The notes beneath the pieces are model-generated. The model saw nothing but the letters and a program-made list of their open reading frames with translations, searched no databases and was not told the DNA's origin. Shown in pieces: positions 18,903-27,691 of a DNA stretch of 64,000 nt. Location: NCBI GenBank assembly GCA_018692925.1, contig JABHLH010000002.1:38576-102575 (forward strand), read 5' to 3'. A program made the position numbers and the translations under genes. The stretch's first letter is position 1. Each line of letters starts with the position of its first letter. Source of the DNA: an archaeon. GTDB lineage: Archaea; Nanobdellota; Nanobdellia; SCGC-AAA011-G17; GW2011-AR17.

Positions 18903-19349
18903 CTAAATTATTTTTTGTATTTCGGCCTCAAGTTCTTGTATATCTCCAATATCTTTGTGTATTGAAGCATACCTGATATAGGCAATTTTATCAGTTTTTT
19001 TCAACAAACTCAAAACCCATTTCCCCAAAACTTTACTTTCAACTTCATTTGCTTTATAATTTCTAACTTTTCTCTGTAATCCATCAACCATATTATCAAT
19101 TGCTTCCATTGTCACTGGTCTTTTTTCAAAAGATCTTACGAATCCTTCTTTAATTTTTACTCTGCAAAAAGGTTCTTTTCTGCCATCTCTTTTTAAAACA
19201 TAAACTGGAAATTCTTCAATTCTTTCATATGTTGTAAACCTTTTATTACAGTCCAAACACTCTCTTCTCCTTCTTATTGATTTGTTTTCTTCAGTATTCC
19301 TTTTATCTAATACTTTCAGATCTGGACTTGCACAATATGGACATTTCAT
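18903..19349 (-). CDS. nrdR: Transcriptional repressor NrdR (zinc ribbon plus ATP-cone)
   Basis: MKCPYCASPDLKVLDKR...RRRECLDCNKRFTTYE. 148 aa. Confidence 0.85.
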   Translation of the reverse strand: MKCPYCASPDLKVLDKRNTEENKSIRRRRECLDCNKRFTTYERIEEFPVYVLKRDGRKEPFCRVKIKEGFVRSFEKRPVTMEAIDNMVDGLQRKVRNYKANEVESKVLGKWVLSLLKKTDKIAYIRYASIHKDIGDIQELEAEIQKII

Positions 19350-19503
19350 TTTTCAGTAACAACAAGATATAGTATATCTCCTCTCTTTGCTCTACTATAT
19401 CTCGTGTTAGACCATTTATAAAGATTTTTATATTTTAGAATATAATTCACATGTAATTCCAAAGAAGTAACTAAAAAAATTAAAAGTTTTAATAAGATAT
19501 GTT

Positions 19504-20142
19504 TTAATAAATAATTCCAGAACAATCACTAGTCGTATGTTCGTCTTCTCTACATTCCACTATAGCATAAAGTTGTTCACCATCATGATTTTCTTTAATA
19601 TATTCTTCTTTTTCAGAATTAATATTTGCTCCAGATTCTTCCATTACATCTTCTTCTTCTTTAGATAAAATCCAAATATCAAAATCAACATATGCATTTG
19701 CAACACTTTCTTCTTCACCATTTTCACGATTTTCACCATGAAAACAAAATTCAATATAACCTTTTTGATCATTACAAGTTCTCGGTATTGTAGCATAGCC
19801 AAATCCATCAAAAATTTCACTTTCATTCTTAAAAGCCTTAATAGTACCTAGTTCTTCAAAACATTCACTATAATTAATTAAAACACATAATTGAGAATCA
19901 TCATATCCTTCTTCTAAATGACTTTGTATAGCATAACAACTTGGTCTTTCTTCTCCATCAGGATTTCTACTCCATACTTCATCATATGGATCACATGGAT
20001 CATATTCTTCAAAATTATCTTCTCCTTGAAAACCTGTATCTAAAACATCTTCTAATCCATTTGCATCGTCATCAATTCTATTCAAACTATAGTCTGAACA
20101 GCCTGAGCTTAAAAGTCCTAATAATAATAGTTGATTCCTCAT
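19504..20142 (-). CDS. Acidic Cys-containing secreted lipoprotein, hypothetical
   Basis: Signal peptide with a lipobox-like LLSSGC. 212 aa, highly acidic. Confidence 0.5.
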   Translation of the reverse strand: MRNQLLLLGLLSSGCSDYSLNRIDDDANGLEDVLDTGFQGEDNFEEYDPCDPYDEVWSRNPDGEERPSCYAIQSHLEEGYDDSQLCVLINYSECFEELGTIKAFKNESEIFDGFGYATIPRTCNDQKGYIEFCFHGENRENGEEESVANAYVDFDIWILSKEEEDVMEESGANINSEKEEYIKENHDGEQLYAIVECREDEHTTSDCSGIIY

Positions 20143-20218
20143 TTTTCTTATTATTAGAGCTCATTTCATCATATATAAAACTATCTATTTTGTAACTACT
20201 GCTAAGAAATAACAAATA

Positions 20219-20292
20219 AGCCTCAGCCGTGATTTGAACACGGGACCTCTTGCTTACCAAGCAAGTGCTATACCGAGCTAAGCCACTGAGGC
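20219..20292 (-). tRNA. tRNA-Thr (anticodon GGU)
   Basis: Reverse complement folds as acceptor GCCTCAG/CTGAGGC, anticodon stem CTTGC/GCAAG with loop TTGGTAA, T-arm CCGTG-TTCAAAT-CACGG, discriminator U. Confidence 0.85.
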
Positions 20293-20506
20293 ATAGAACT
20301 TTATTTTCTTCTTTTGTTTATAAAATTTACCTAAATCTTTTTATACCATAAAAACTCAAAATCAGATATGGAACCAATAGATAACATAAAAGAAGACATA
20401 GCACAATTACAAAGTTCATGTGATGAGTTAATACAAGCAATTAATTCTTCCAATCAAGCATTAGCAACAAACAAGCTAAAAACATTAAAACAGAACTTGA
20501 AAAAAA

Positions 20507-20953
20507 TCAGTCTTTCTTTGGACAAAGAGTTTTCTTGGTTGATTCCTCAAGAACCTCAACAATAATTTCTTCTTTCAAATTTTCTTCTTTTACTTCATAA
20601 TCTAAAAGAACAACATCTAAGCCAATAGCTTTTTCTTTTGTATGTTTAAAATCTCCTTTGTAAACACCTTGTTTAACAAAAGCCATTGAAACCTCATCAC
20701 CTACTTTAATTTCCATTTGATCAATTGCTACTGCACCTTCACCTGGTTCTTCACCATTTACAAAAACAAGTATTCCCGAAAAATTAGAACTATCAACCTC
20801 TTTTATATCATTCAATATCAGTCCCTTTTCTAATTCATTTGTGTCAGTATTAAGAAATTCTTCTAAAACATATATTGGCTCTAAACCTTTTCGTTTTAGG
20901 ATTCCATCAATAACTGCCATTACTGTATTTCCTTTTATTTTCATTGTTTTCAT
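20507..20953 (-). CDS. Hypothetical protein
   Basis: 148-aa ORF with ordinary composition. Overlaps a 65-aa plus-strand ORF (20368..20565) that may also be real. Confidence 0.4.
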   Translation of the reverse strand: MKTMKIKGNTVMAVIDGILKRKGLEPIYVLEEFLNTDTNELEKGLILNDIKEVDSSNFSGILVFVNGEEPGEGAVAIDQMEIKVGDEVSMAFVKQGVYKGDFKHTKEKAIGLDVVLLDYEVKEENLKEEIIVEVLEESTKKTLCPKKD

Positions 20954-21005
20954 GAGTGTTAAAAAGAAAATTAACTCTTTTTAAGAGTTTTGAAAAAATA
21001 AAATA

Positions 21006-21174
21006 TGCGAGGGAAGGGATTTGAACCCTCGAACTCACTAAGAGACAGGATATCTTACGATTTGATTACATCCATATGTAATCTATCTCAAAGAGACTTT
21101 GGTCTTAAGTTTCGCAAACCTACAGTAACTTTCTGTAAGTTCCCTGCGCATTTGACCACTTTGCTACCCCCGCA
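21006..21174 (-). tRNA. Intron-containing tRNA with a roughly 95-100-nt intron; isotype unresolved, class II-like long variable arm
   Basis: 5' half GCGGGGG-TA-GCA-AAGTGGTCAAA-TGC-G-CAGGG. 3' half ...TCCTG-TCTCTTAGTGAGTTC-GAGGG-TTCAAAT-CCCTT-CCCTCGC-A. A 7-bp acceptor and a canonical T-arm are present. The intron contains a 7-bp hairpin (CTTACAG/CTGTAGG). Confidence 0.6.
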
Positions 21175-21199
21175 TTGTATTAGAATTTATTTGTTTTAT

Positions 21200-21931
21200 T
21201 TAAAAAACTTTTGTTTCATTTATAATTTGATATCTTTCTTTTAATTTTGTATTTGGTGGACAATAACCTTTTATTTTATAGATTTGCCATTTGGTAAGAT
21301 GTTTAGAACTTTTAAAACCAATTTCTTTTATGAATCTTTCAATATCTTTTTTTCTTTGAATCATTATTGAATGCACTGCATTTTTATCTTTTTTTCCTTT
21401 GTAAGAAGGTTTTTGATAAATATTATATCCTAATTCTTCAAGCATAAATCTCACTCCTTTTATTATTTTTTTGGAAGTCATTCCTAATTTTATTCTAGGA
21501 CGATTATGTTTTCTATTTTCTATTTTCACAGAATAATTTTTATTGAAATATATTGAACCATCAGTATCAAAAATACCTCTTAAAAAAAACTTCCATAATC
21601 TTTTATTTTTTAGGATACAATCAGGAATTTCATGATCTAATTTAACTCCTGATTTTATACCTAATTGCTCAAAAAAAGAAACAATTTTTTCATTAAAAAC
21701 ATATATCCCATATGTTCCATTTTTTTCATAATTTTTTGCAATAATTTCTTTTCCTAAAATGGGTTTAAAGATATTTGAATTATATATAGGTAAGACATGG
21801 TTATCATAATATTCTCTCTCTTCAGTTATATCTCCATTTATTGCATATTCCTGATATTTTGTAGTTTTACTAATACAACCATCACCTAAATGAATTCCAA
21901 TTATTTCGGCTAATTCTTCAGATATTTCCAT
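21200..21931 (-). CDS. LAGLIDADG homing endonuclease, double-motif single-chain type
   Basis: Motif 1 LAEIIGIHLGDGCIS and motif 2 WKFFLRGIFDTDGSIYF. 243 aa, free-standing, directly upstream of the intron-containing tRNA. Confidence 0.8.
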   Translation of the reverse strand: MEISEELAEIIGIHLGDGCISKTTKYQEYAINGDITEEREYYDNHVLPIYNSNIFKPILGKEIIAKNYEKNGTYGIYVFNEKIVSFFEQLGIKSGVKLDHEIPDCILKNKRLWKFFLRGIFDTDGSIYFNKNYSVKIENRKHNRPRIKLGMTSKKIIKGVRFMLEELGYNIYQKPSYKGKKDKNAVHSIMIQRKKDIERFIKEIGFKSSKHLTKWQIYKIKGYCPPNTKLKERYQIINETKVF

Positions 21932-22021
21932 ATCTAATAACTCATTTCAAACTTAATAACTGCTTGTTAAGAATTTCTGAAAATCTTTCAATTTTTCTGA
22001 AAACTTTCCATAAAATCCTCT

Positions 22022-22489
22022 CTAATAAAGAGTATTAAACAAAGAATCAATACTTGTAGGATATCTTGTAGAATTTAAAGAATTTTGATAAGAACCATAA
22101 CTTTGAACATCTTCAAAAAGTGAACCAACCATCTCTAAGTATAAAGGTCTTACTTCTGCTGGGAATGCTGAAGAAGATTTTAATAATCTTGTTATAATTT
22201 CTAAAGATTTGTGTGCTGCTATTCCTGCACTTATATCTTCTGGCTTATCTAATAAGTGCGAACTATAAACTTCGTATTGTTGTAATAAAGTCTCAATGTC
22301 TTCTACCAATTCTGTACCAAGGGCTTCATCAATTTTTATACACATGGGTTTTGTACTAGTTTCAAACCTTTCCCATCTTCTTCTTTTATATTCCAGAACT
22401 ATATCTTCCTCAGATGTATTTGCAGCTAAACCTAATTTTTCAGCATATATTTTTGTAACTTCATTAACTACCATAAAATAGATTTTCAA
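22022..22489 (-). CDS. Hypothetical protein
   Basis: 155-aa ORF with no recognisable motifs. Confidence 0.35.
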   Translation of the reverse strand: MKIYFMVVNEVTKIYAEKLGLAANTSEEDIVLEYKRRRWERFETSTKPMCIKIDEALGTELVEDIETLLQQYEVYSSHLLDKPEDISAGIAAHKSLEIITRLLKSSSAFPAEVRPLYLEMVGSLFEDVQSYGSYQNSLNSTRYPTSIDSLFNTLY

Positions 22490-22704
22490 CTCATCATATA
22501 TAAATTTAACTCAAAAAGAAAAATCAGTCCAAGCCAAGGGGAGATCGACTTGAACCTTCTTAAGCATAAAGGTAGGGAGGTGTTGCATCCTCTTTTTTCA
22601 CCTTAGAGAATATTAGCCCATTTTCATTTATAAAAGAACAGAACACTATATACATACAGTCTTTCCATAAAGCTTATAAATAATTAGTTTTAGTCGTCAT
22701 AGTA

Positions 22705-23376
22705 ATGAGTATCTTAGTTTTGAATGGGCCATCATGGTTCTGGGGGATTGATGTTATATTTGCACTTGTATTTTCTCTAGTGACAATTCTAATAACTTTA
22801 ATGAGTCATAAGGCTTACAAGATTACTGAAGAACCTAAATATAAATTTTTCAGTTTATCCTTTTTATTGATTTCATTATCTTCTTTAGTTTTTGCAATCT
22901 TTAATTCAATCTTAATATTCCATCTTTCAGATAAGGTTAACTTAATATTATCAGCATTTGATTTTGCATTTTTGATTCAAGTATTCCTATCTCTATTAGC
23001 TTACATGATTTTAATTATTATCGTATTTAAAATAAAGGACACTAAGGTTGTAACTTTATTATTATCTCTTTTACTTTTATTCATTGTATTTTCACATCAG
23101 TATACTTTAAAATATCATTTAACATCTTTAGTTTTGTTAGCTTTCTTAGCTTACCAGTTTTACTTAAACTTCCAAGAGAAGAAAAACAAAAATACAAGAT
23201 TAGTTTTCACATCCTTTTACTTATTAGCTTGTGCAGAAATATTTTACATAATTAACATTTTTACAACAGAGTATCTTTATGTTGTTGGACAACTAGTTCA
23301 GTTACTAGGTTTCCTAGTTTTATTTTACATGTTTATGAGGGTTTTACACTATGGTGGCGAGAAGAGAAAAGCTTGA
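22705..23376 (+). CDS. Polytopic membrane protein, hypothetical
   Basis: 223 aa with about 6-7 TM helices. Confidence 0.45.
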   Translation: MSILVLNGPSWFWGIDVIFALVFSLVTILITLMSHKAYKITEEPKYKFFSLSFLLISLSSLVFAIFNSILIFHLSDKVNLILSAFDFAFLIQVFLSLLAYMILIIIVFKIKDTKVVTLLLSLLLLFIVFSHQYTLKYHLTSLVLLAFLAYQFYLNFQEKKNKNTRLVFTSFYLLACAEIFYIINIFTTEYLYVVGQLVQLLGFLVLFYMFMRVLHYGGEKRKA

Positions 23377-23623
23377 TATTATTAAGGACATTTTGGAATC
23401 TATTCGTGATAAAGGTGGAACCATAAAGCCAACTCATTTATTATACAAATCTAATCTTTCTCATGATTCTATGAAGAGATATGTTGGAGATTTAATTGTA
23501 AAAGAGTTAGTTGAAGAGCTTGAAGAAAAAAGAGGAAAGAAATATACTATTACTGACAAAGGTTTAAAGTTCTTATCTGATTATCAACAAGTTAAGGAAT
23601 TTACAAATTCTTTTGGTTTCTAA
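23351..23623 (+). CDS. Winged-helix DNA-binding protein, archaeal HTH_45/DUF4364-like
   Basis: KPTHLLYKSNLSHDSMKRYVGDLIVKELV...KYTITDKGLKFL pattern. 90 aa. Confidence 0.55.
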   Translation: MVARREKLDIIKDILESIRDKGGTIKPTHLLYKSNLSHDSMKRYVGDLIVKELVEELEEKRGKKYTITDKGLKFLSDYQQVKEFTNSFGF

Positions 23624-23662
23624 TTAAAAAAATACTTAAATGAATATATCTACTAATTTACT

Positions 23663-24031
23663 ATGAAAGTACCAAAATCTCTAAAAACTTGGTTTTTAAT
23701 TCATTTCATTATAGATTATATTATTGCAATTCCTTTATTCTTTTTTCCAATTTACACTTTATCTTTACTAGGCTTAGAAACAATAGATCCAGTTACAGCA
23801 AGATTAGTAGCTGCTGCTTTATTTGCAGTTGGTGGTATTTCTATATTGGCTAAAGAAAAATCAAAAGAAACTTTCAACACTCTACTAACTTTAAAATTAA
23901 TTTGGTCAGGAACTGCAGTCTTAGGATTATTATTTTCAATTTACCAGGGTTATCCAAAAATTTTATGGGTCTTTGTAATAATATTTGGTCTTTTCTTTGA
24001 ATTATGGCACTATTATAAAAAGAAATTATAG
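23663..24031 (+). CDS. Small membrane protein, hypothetical
   Basis: 122 aa with 4 predicted TM helices. Confidence 0.4.
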   Translation: MKVPKSLKTWFLIHFIIDYIIAIPLFFFPIYTLSLLGLETIDPVTARLVAAALFAVGGISILAKEKSKETFNTLLTLKLIWSGTAVLGLLFSIYQGYPKILWVFVIIFGLFFELWHYYKKKL

Positions 24032-24241
24032 TTTCTCCTATGAATTTTAAAAAGGTCTATGAGGTAGACTATGGATAAGTTGGTTTTAGGAAATAAACTT
24101 TTTTAAGTTTTTTGACCCTATACGTATAAGTCATGCCTTTTCACACCTAATTAGGATTTATTTGTAAATTTTATTTTTATAAACTTTTCGGAAAGCTCTC
24201 GAAAGGATTAATTTTTTAAAGGTTAAAGAAATTATAGATTT

Positions 24242-24790
24242 ATGAAAAAAATATTAATATTATTCTTACTTATTTTCTTAGTTGGATGTACTACAGAAGT
24301 ACTAGAAGAAAATGAAGAAATAGGATCAGGCACAGGTTTTGGTGCTGCGGAGAACGAAAAAATGGATTATACTTACAAGGTAAAAGTTGAAACCAATAAA
24401 GGAGATTTTGTTATTGGTTTATATGAAGACACACCTTTATCTACAAATAATTTTCTTAAACTTGTAGAAGAAGGATTTTATAATAGCTTAACATTCCACA
24501 GATACGAACCTAATTTTGTAATTCAAGGTGGAGATCCTAGTGGAGATGGGACTGGTGGAAGCTCTGATACTGTAAATTTAGAAGTCATTGGTAAATCTCA
24601 TTCAAGAGGGACTGTAGGTATGGCAAGATCCAATGATCCAAATAGTGCAAGTTCTCAATTCTTTGTAAACTTAGCTGATAATACTTTCTTAGATGATGGT
24701 TACACTGTTTTTGGAGATGTACTTGAAGGTATGGATGTTGTTGATGAATTAAGAGCTGGGGACACAATGAATAAAGTGTCAATGCTTTAA
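24242..24790 (+). CDS. Cyclophilin-type peptidyl-prolyl cis-trans isomerase, lipoprotein
   Basis: Lipobox FLVGCTTE. Cyclophilin motifs FHRYEPNFVIQGGDP and GTVGMAR...SQFFVN. Confidence 0.9.
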   Translation: MKKILILFLLIFLVGCTTEVLEENEEIGSGTGFGAAENEKMDYTYKVKVETNKGDFVIGLYEDTPLSTNNFLKLVEEGFYNSLTFHRYEPNFVIQGGDPSGDGTGGSSDTVNLEVIGKSHSRGTVGMARSNDPNSASSQFFVNLADNTFLDDGYTVFGDVLEGMDVVDELRAGDTMNKVSML

Positions 24791-24795
24791 TTTTT

Positions 24796-24933
24796 TTATT
24801 CTACTAGTGCATCTACGCCTTTACCATGTTTTTTTTGACATGCACTACATACTGCTTTTTTCTTAACAAAAGTACCCATTATTTTTCCTAGAAAACTATT
24901 TTCTATTTTTCCTTTACATATTACGCATTTCAT
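24796..24933 (-). CDS. Small zinc-ribbon protein (45 aa)
   Basis: Manual translation gives MKCVICKGKIENSFLGKIMGTFVKKKAVCSACQKKHGKGVDALVE with CxxC...CxxC. Below the ORF-track length cutoff. Confidence 0.3.
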   Translation of the reverse strand: MKCVICKGKIENSFLGKIMGTFVKKKAVCSACQKKHGKGVDALVE

Positions 24934-25012
24934 ATTATTCTCATTCTTATTTTCCTTTAAATATTTTCCTCATATCACAACTCTTAAAAATCTTGATAAC
25001 TCTTTTTTAATA

Positions 25013-25468
25013 ATGGTATTTGATTTTTTTAATAAAACAAAACTCCCTAATAATATTCCTAATGAATTAAAAGAAATTATAAAACAAGTAAATCAATCTA
25101 AGAATCAAGAAGAGGCATTAAAAAAAGCTTATAATATTCTAACCAAAAGATTTTATGGGAAAAAATTTGTAACTTATTTATTATTTCATCGTTTATTTTA
25201 CAAGGATCCTCAGAGATTATGGGATAATAAAGGATTTTTACATTGTACTAATTTTAATTATTTAATAAGAATTATTTTAGTTAATTCTAAATTTTTTAAA
25301 GAGAAAGATATCCAATTAAAATGGACTTTTATTTTTATTTCTCCACACCAATATTTACTTGTTAATCTAAATAATAAAAAAATAACTCTTGATGCTTGGG
25401 CTGCTAATTATGATATTAAGTTTGGAGATATTATGTCTACTTCTAATTCTACTAAGAAAAAGACTTAA
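25013..25468 (+). CDS. Hypothetical protein
   Basis: 151-aa ORF. Confidence 0.35.
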   Translation: MVFDFFNKTKLPNNIPNELKEIIKQVNQSKNQEEALKKAYNILTKRFYGKKFVTYLLFHRLFYKDPQRLWDNKGFLHCTNFNYLIRIILVNSKFFKEKDIQLKWTFIFISPHQYLLVNLNNKKITLDAWAANYDIKFGDIMSTSNSTKKKT

Positions 25469-25493
25469 AAAGCTTTAATTTATCTTTCTAAGC

Positions 25494-27269
25494 ATGGTTA
25501 AAAGAATAGCTGTAGTTGAAAAAGAAAAATGTAATCCTCTGTCCTGTGGAGACTATCTCTGTATGAGGATGTGTCCTCTAAACAGAGAAGGGCAGGAAGC
25601 TATAACCAAAGGTCCAGATGGTAAAGCTCAGATTAATGAAGAGCTTTGTACTGGTGTTTGTAGCATTTGTGTAAACATATGTCCTTTTGGAGCTATTCAC
25701 ATGGTTAAGCTTCCAGATAATTTAACTCAAAAACCTATTCACAGATATGGAAAAGATTCTTTCATATTATACAACATACCTTTACCAACTTCAGGAAAAG
25801 TTTTAGGTATTTTAGGAAGAAATGGTATTGGGAAAAGTACAGCATTAAAAATATTATCAAATTCATTAACCCCCAATCTTGGAGATCCAGAAAATAAAGA
25901 TCCAAAAATTGATGAACTTATTAAGATGTACAGAGGATCTGAAATTCAAATTTTCTTAAAAAAATTAAAAGAAAAGAAAGTAAAAATTGCTTACAAACCT
26001 CAGTCTGTACATTTAATTCCTACACAAATTGAAGGAACTGTTAAGGAACTTTTAGATAAATCAAATGAAAATAACAAACTTGATGAAGTCTCAGAACAAT
26101 TAAATTTAAAAGAATTATATGATCGAGAAGTTTCCGCTCTTTCTGGTGGAGAGTTACAGAGGCTAGCAATTGCTGCAACTTTGCTAAGGGATGCAAACTT
26201 TTACTTCTTTGATGAGCCAGCATCTTTCTTAGATATTACTTACAGAATAAAGGTTGCAAAAATAATTAGATCTTTAGCAAAGGAAGGTGTCGCAGTTATG
26301 GTTGTTGAACATGACTTGGCAACTTTAGATTATATTTCTGATCAATTACAAATTTTATATGGTAATGCTGCAGTTTATGGTATTGTTTCTCAAATTAAAT
26401 CTGTTAGAAGGGGAATTAATGAATATTTAGATGGTTATCTTCCTGACGACAATGTTCGGTTTAGAGACTACAAAATTAAATTTAACAAAGGTATTGAAAG
26501 ATATGTAAATAGGCCTGTATTATACTCTTGGGGAGACTTAGAAAAAGAGTTTGAAACTTTCAAATTAAAAATCAGTGCTGGTGAGTTAAGAAAAGGTGAA
26601 ATTTTAACTATTACTGGTGGGAACGGTTTAGGAAAAACAACTTTCTTAAAAATGCTTGCTGGATTAATCAAACCTACAAAGGGAAAAATCGATTCTAGTA
26701 TAAAGATTGCTTACAAACCTCAAGATATTAAACCTGAAGCAGGGACTGTAAATGAATGGTTACATAAATTTGCAAAAAACAAAGAGAGTGGTTGGTTTGA
26801 AAAAAATATCTTAGATAAATTAAACTTAAGAAAAATAATTAATTCAAACATTGCAGATTTATCTGGTGGTGAATTACAAAAAGTTTTTGTTGCTATTACT
26901 TTATCTTTAGATGCTGATGTTTATGCTTTTGACGAGCCTTCAGCTTTTATTGATGTTGAGGATAGAATAAATGTAGCAGAAGTAATTAGAGATTTTATGA
27001 ACAAACAAGACACTTGTGCAATTGTTGTAGATCACGATATTCAATTTGTAGATTACATTGGTGATTCTATGTTAGTTTTCGAGGGTGAACCTGGTAAAGA
27101 AGGTCATGTTAAAGGTCCTTTAACTAAAGAAGAAGGTATGAATGAAGTATTAAAAATGCTTGACATAACTTTCAGAATTGATGCTGAATTTGGTAGACCA
27201 AGAATAAATCAGTTAGGTTCTCAGTTAGATAAAAAACAAAAAAAAGAAGGAAAATATTATTACACTTAA
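25494..27269 (+). CDS. ABCE1 (RNase L inhibitor homologue), the archaeal ribosome-recycling factor
   Basis: N-terminal Fe-S domain (CNPLSCGDYLCMRMCP...CTGVCSICVNICP) plus two ABC cassettes (GRNGIGKST, LSGGELQR; GGNGLGKTT). Confidence 0.95.
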   Translation: MVKRIAVVEKEKCNPLSCGDYLCMRMCPLNREGQEAITKGPDGKAQINEELCTGVCSICVNICPFGAIHMVKLPDNLTQKPIHRYGKDSFILYNIPLPTSGKVLGILGRNGIGKSTALKILSNSLTPNLGDPENKDPKIDELIKMYRGSEIQIFLKKLKEKKVKIAYKPQSVHLIPTQIEGTVKELLDKSNENNKLDEVSEQLNLKELYDREVSALSGGELQRLAIAATLLRDANFYFFDEPASFLDITYRIKVAKIIRSLAKEGVAVMVVEHDLATLDYISDQLQILYGNAAVYGIVSQIKSVRRGINEYLDGYLPDDNVRFRDYKIKFNKGIERYVNRPVLYSWGDLEKEFETFKLKISAGELRKGEILTITGGNGLGKTTFLKMLAGLIKPTKGKIDSSIKIAYKPQDIKPEAGTVNEWLHKFAKNKESGWFEKNILDKLNLRKIINSNIADLSGGELQKVFVAITLSLDADVYAFDEPSAFIDVEDRINVAEVIRDFMNKQDTCAIVVDHDIQFVDYIGDSMLVFEGEPGKEGHVKGPLTKEEGMNEVLKMLDITFRIDAEFGRPRINQLGSQLDKKQKKEGKYYYT

Positions 27270-27670
27270 CCAAGATTCCATTTCTCAATTTCATCAAGAT
27301 CTTTTTGTGCTTCTTTTCTCATATCTTCAAGAACATTTTCTTTGATATATTTTTCAACATCTTCAACAGTCTCAAATCTAAGAACATGGGTATCTCCTTC
27401 ACCATTATAAACACAAGTATCTAATGCATGTCCTCTACAAATATCAGGTCTTTTATCATAAACAGTACACTTACCAGTATCGTCTAGCTTTGCACATGGA
27501 GTTTTAAATTCTACTACCCAATCATCTTCATTATCTTTGTAAACTGAAACATTTTTATGGGAAACCATCCATCTGATTTCATCCCAATCTTCTACTGTAT
27601 CAGGTTCGTCTATTTCTACTGTTACATCTTTACAACATGATGAGTCTGGACATTGTTCACAATCTATCAT
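27266..27670 (-). CDS. YkgJ/UPF0153-like Cys-rich metal-binding protein
   Basis: CEQCPDSSCC N-terminal cluster plus further Cys residues. 134 aa. Confidence 0.5.
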   Translation of the reverse strand: MIDCEQCPDSSCCKDVTVEIDEPDTVEDWDEIRWMVSHKNVSVYKDNEDDWVVEFKTPCAKLDDTGKCTVYDKRPDICRGHALDTCVYNGEGDTHVLRFETVEDVEKYIKENVLEDMRKEAQKDLDEIEKWNLG

Positions 27671-27691
27671 AACTCACATTTTCAAATTTCA

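Noticed and set aside
21005-21244. 79-aa plus-strand ORF from the track
   Set aside because: It lies antisense over the intron-containing tRNA gene and is an artefact.
21200-21931. Hypothesis that the LAGLIDADG ORF lies inside the tRNA intron
   Set aside because: The tRNA 5' exon (acceptor plus D-arm) is located at 21174..21140, downstream of the ORF stop at 21200, so the ORF is outside the intron.
22501-22640. Attempt to fold the region as a complete tRNA or tRNA half
   Set aside because: No acceptor/T-arm pairing could be made consistent. It is retained only as a low-confidence ncRNA/scar finding.
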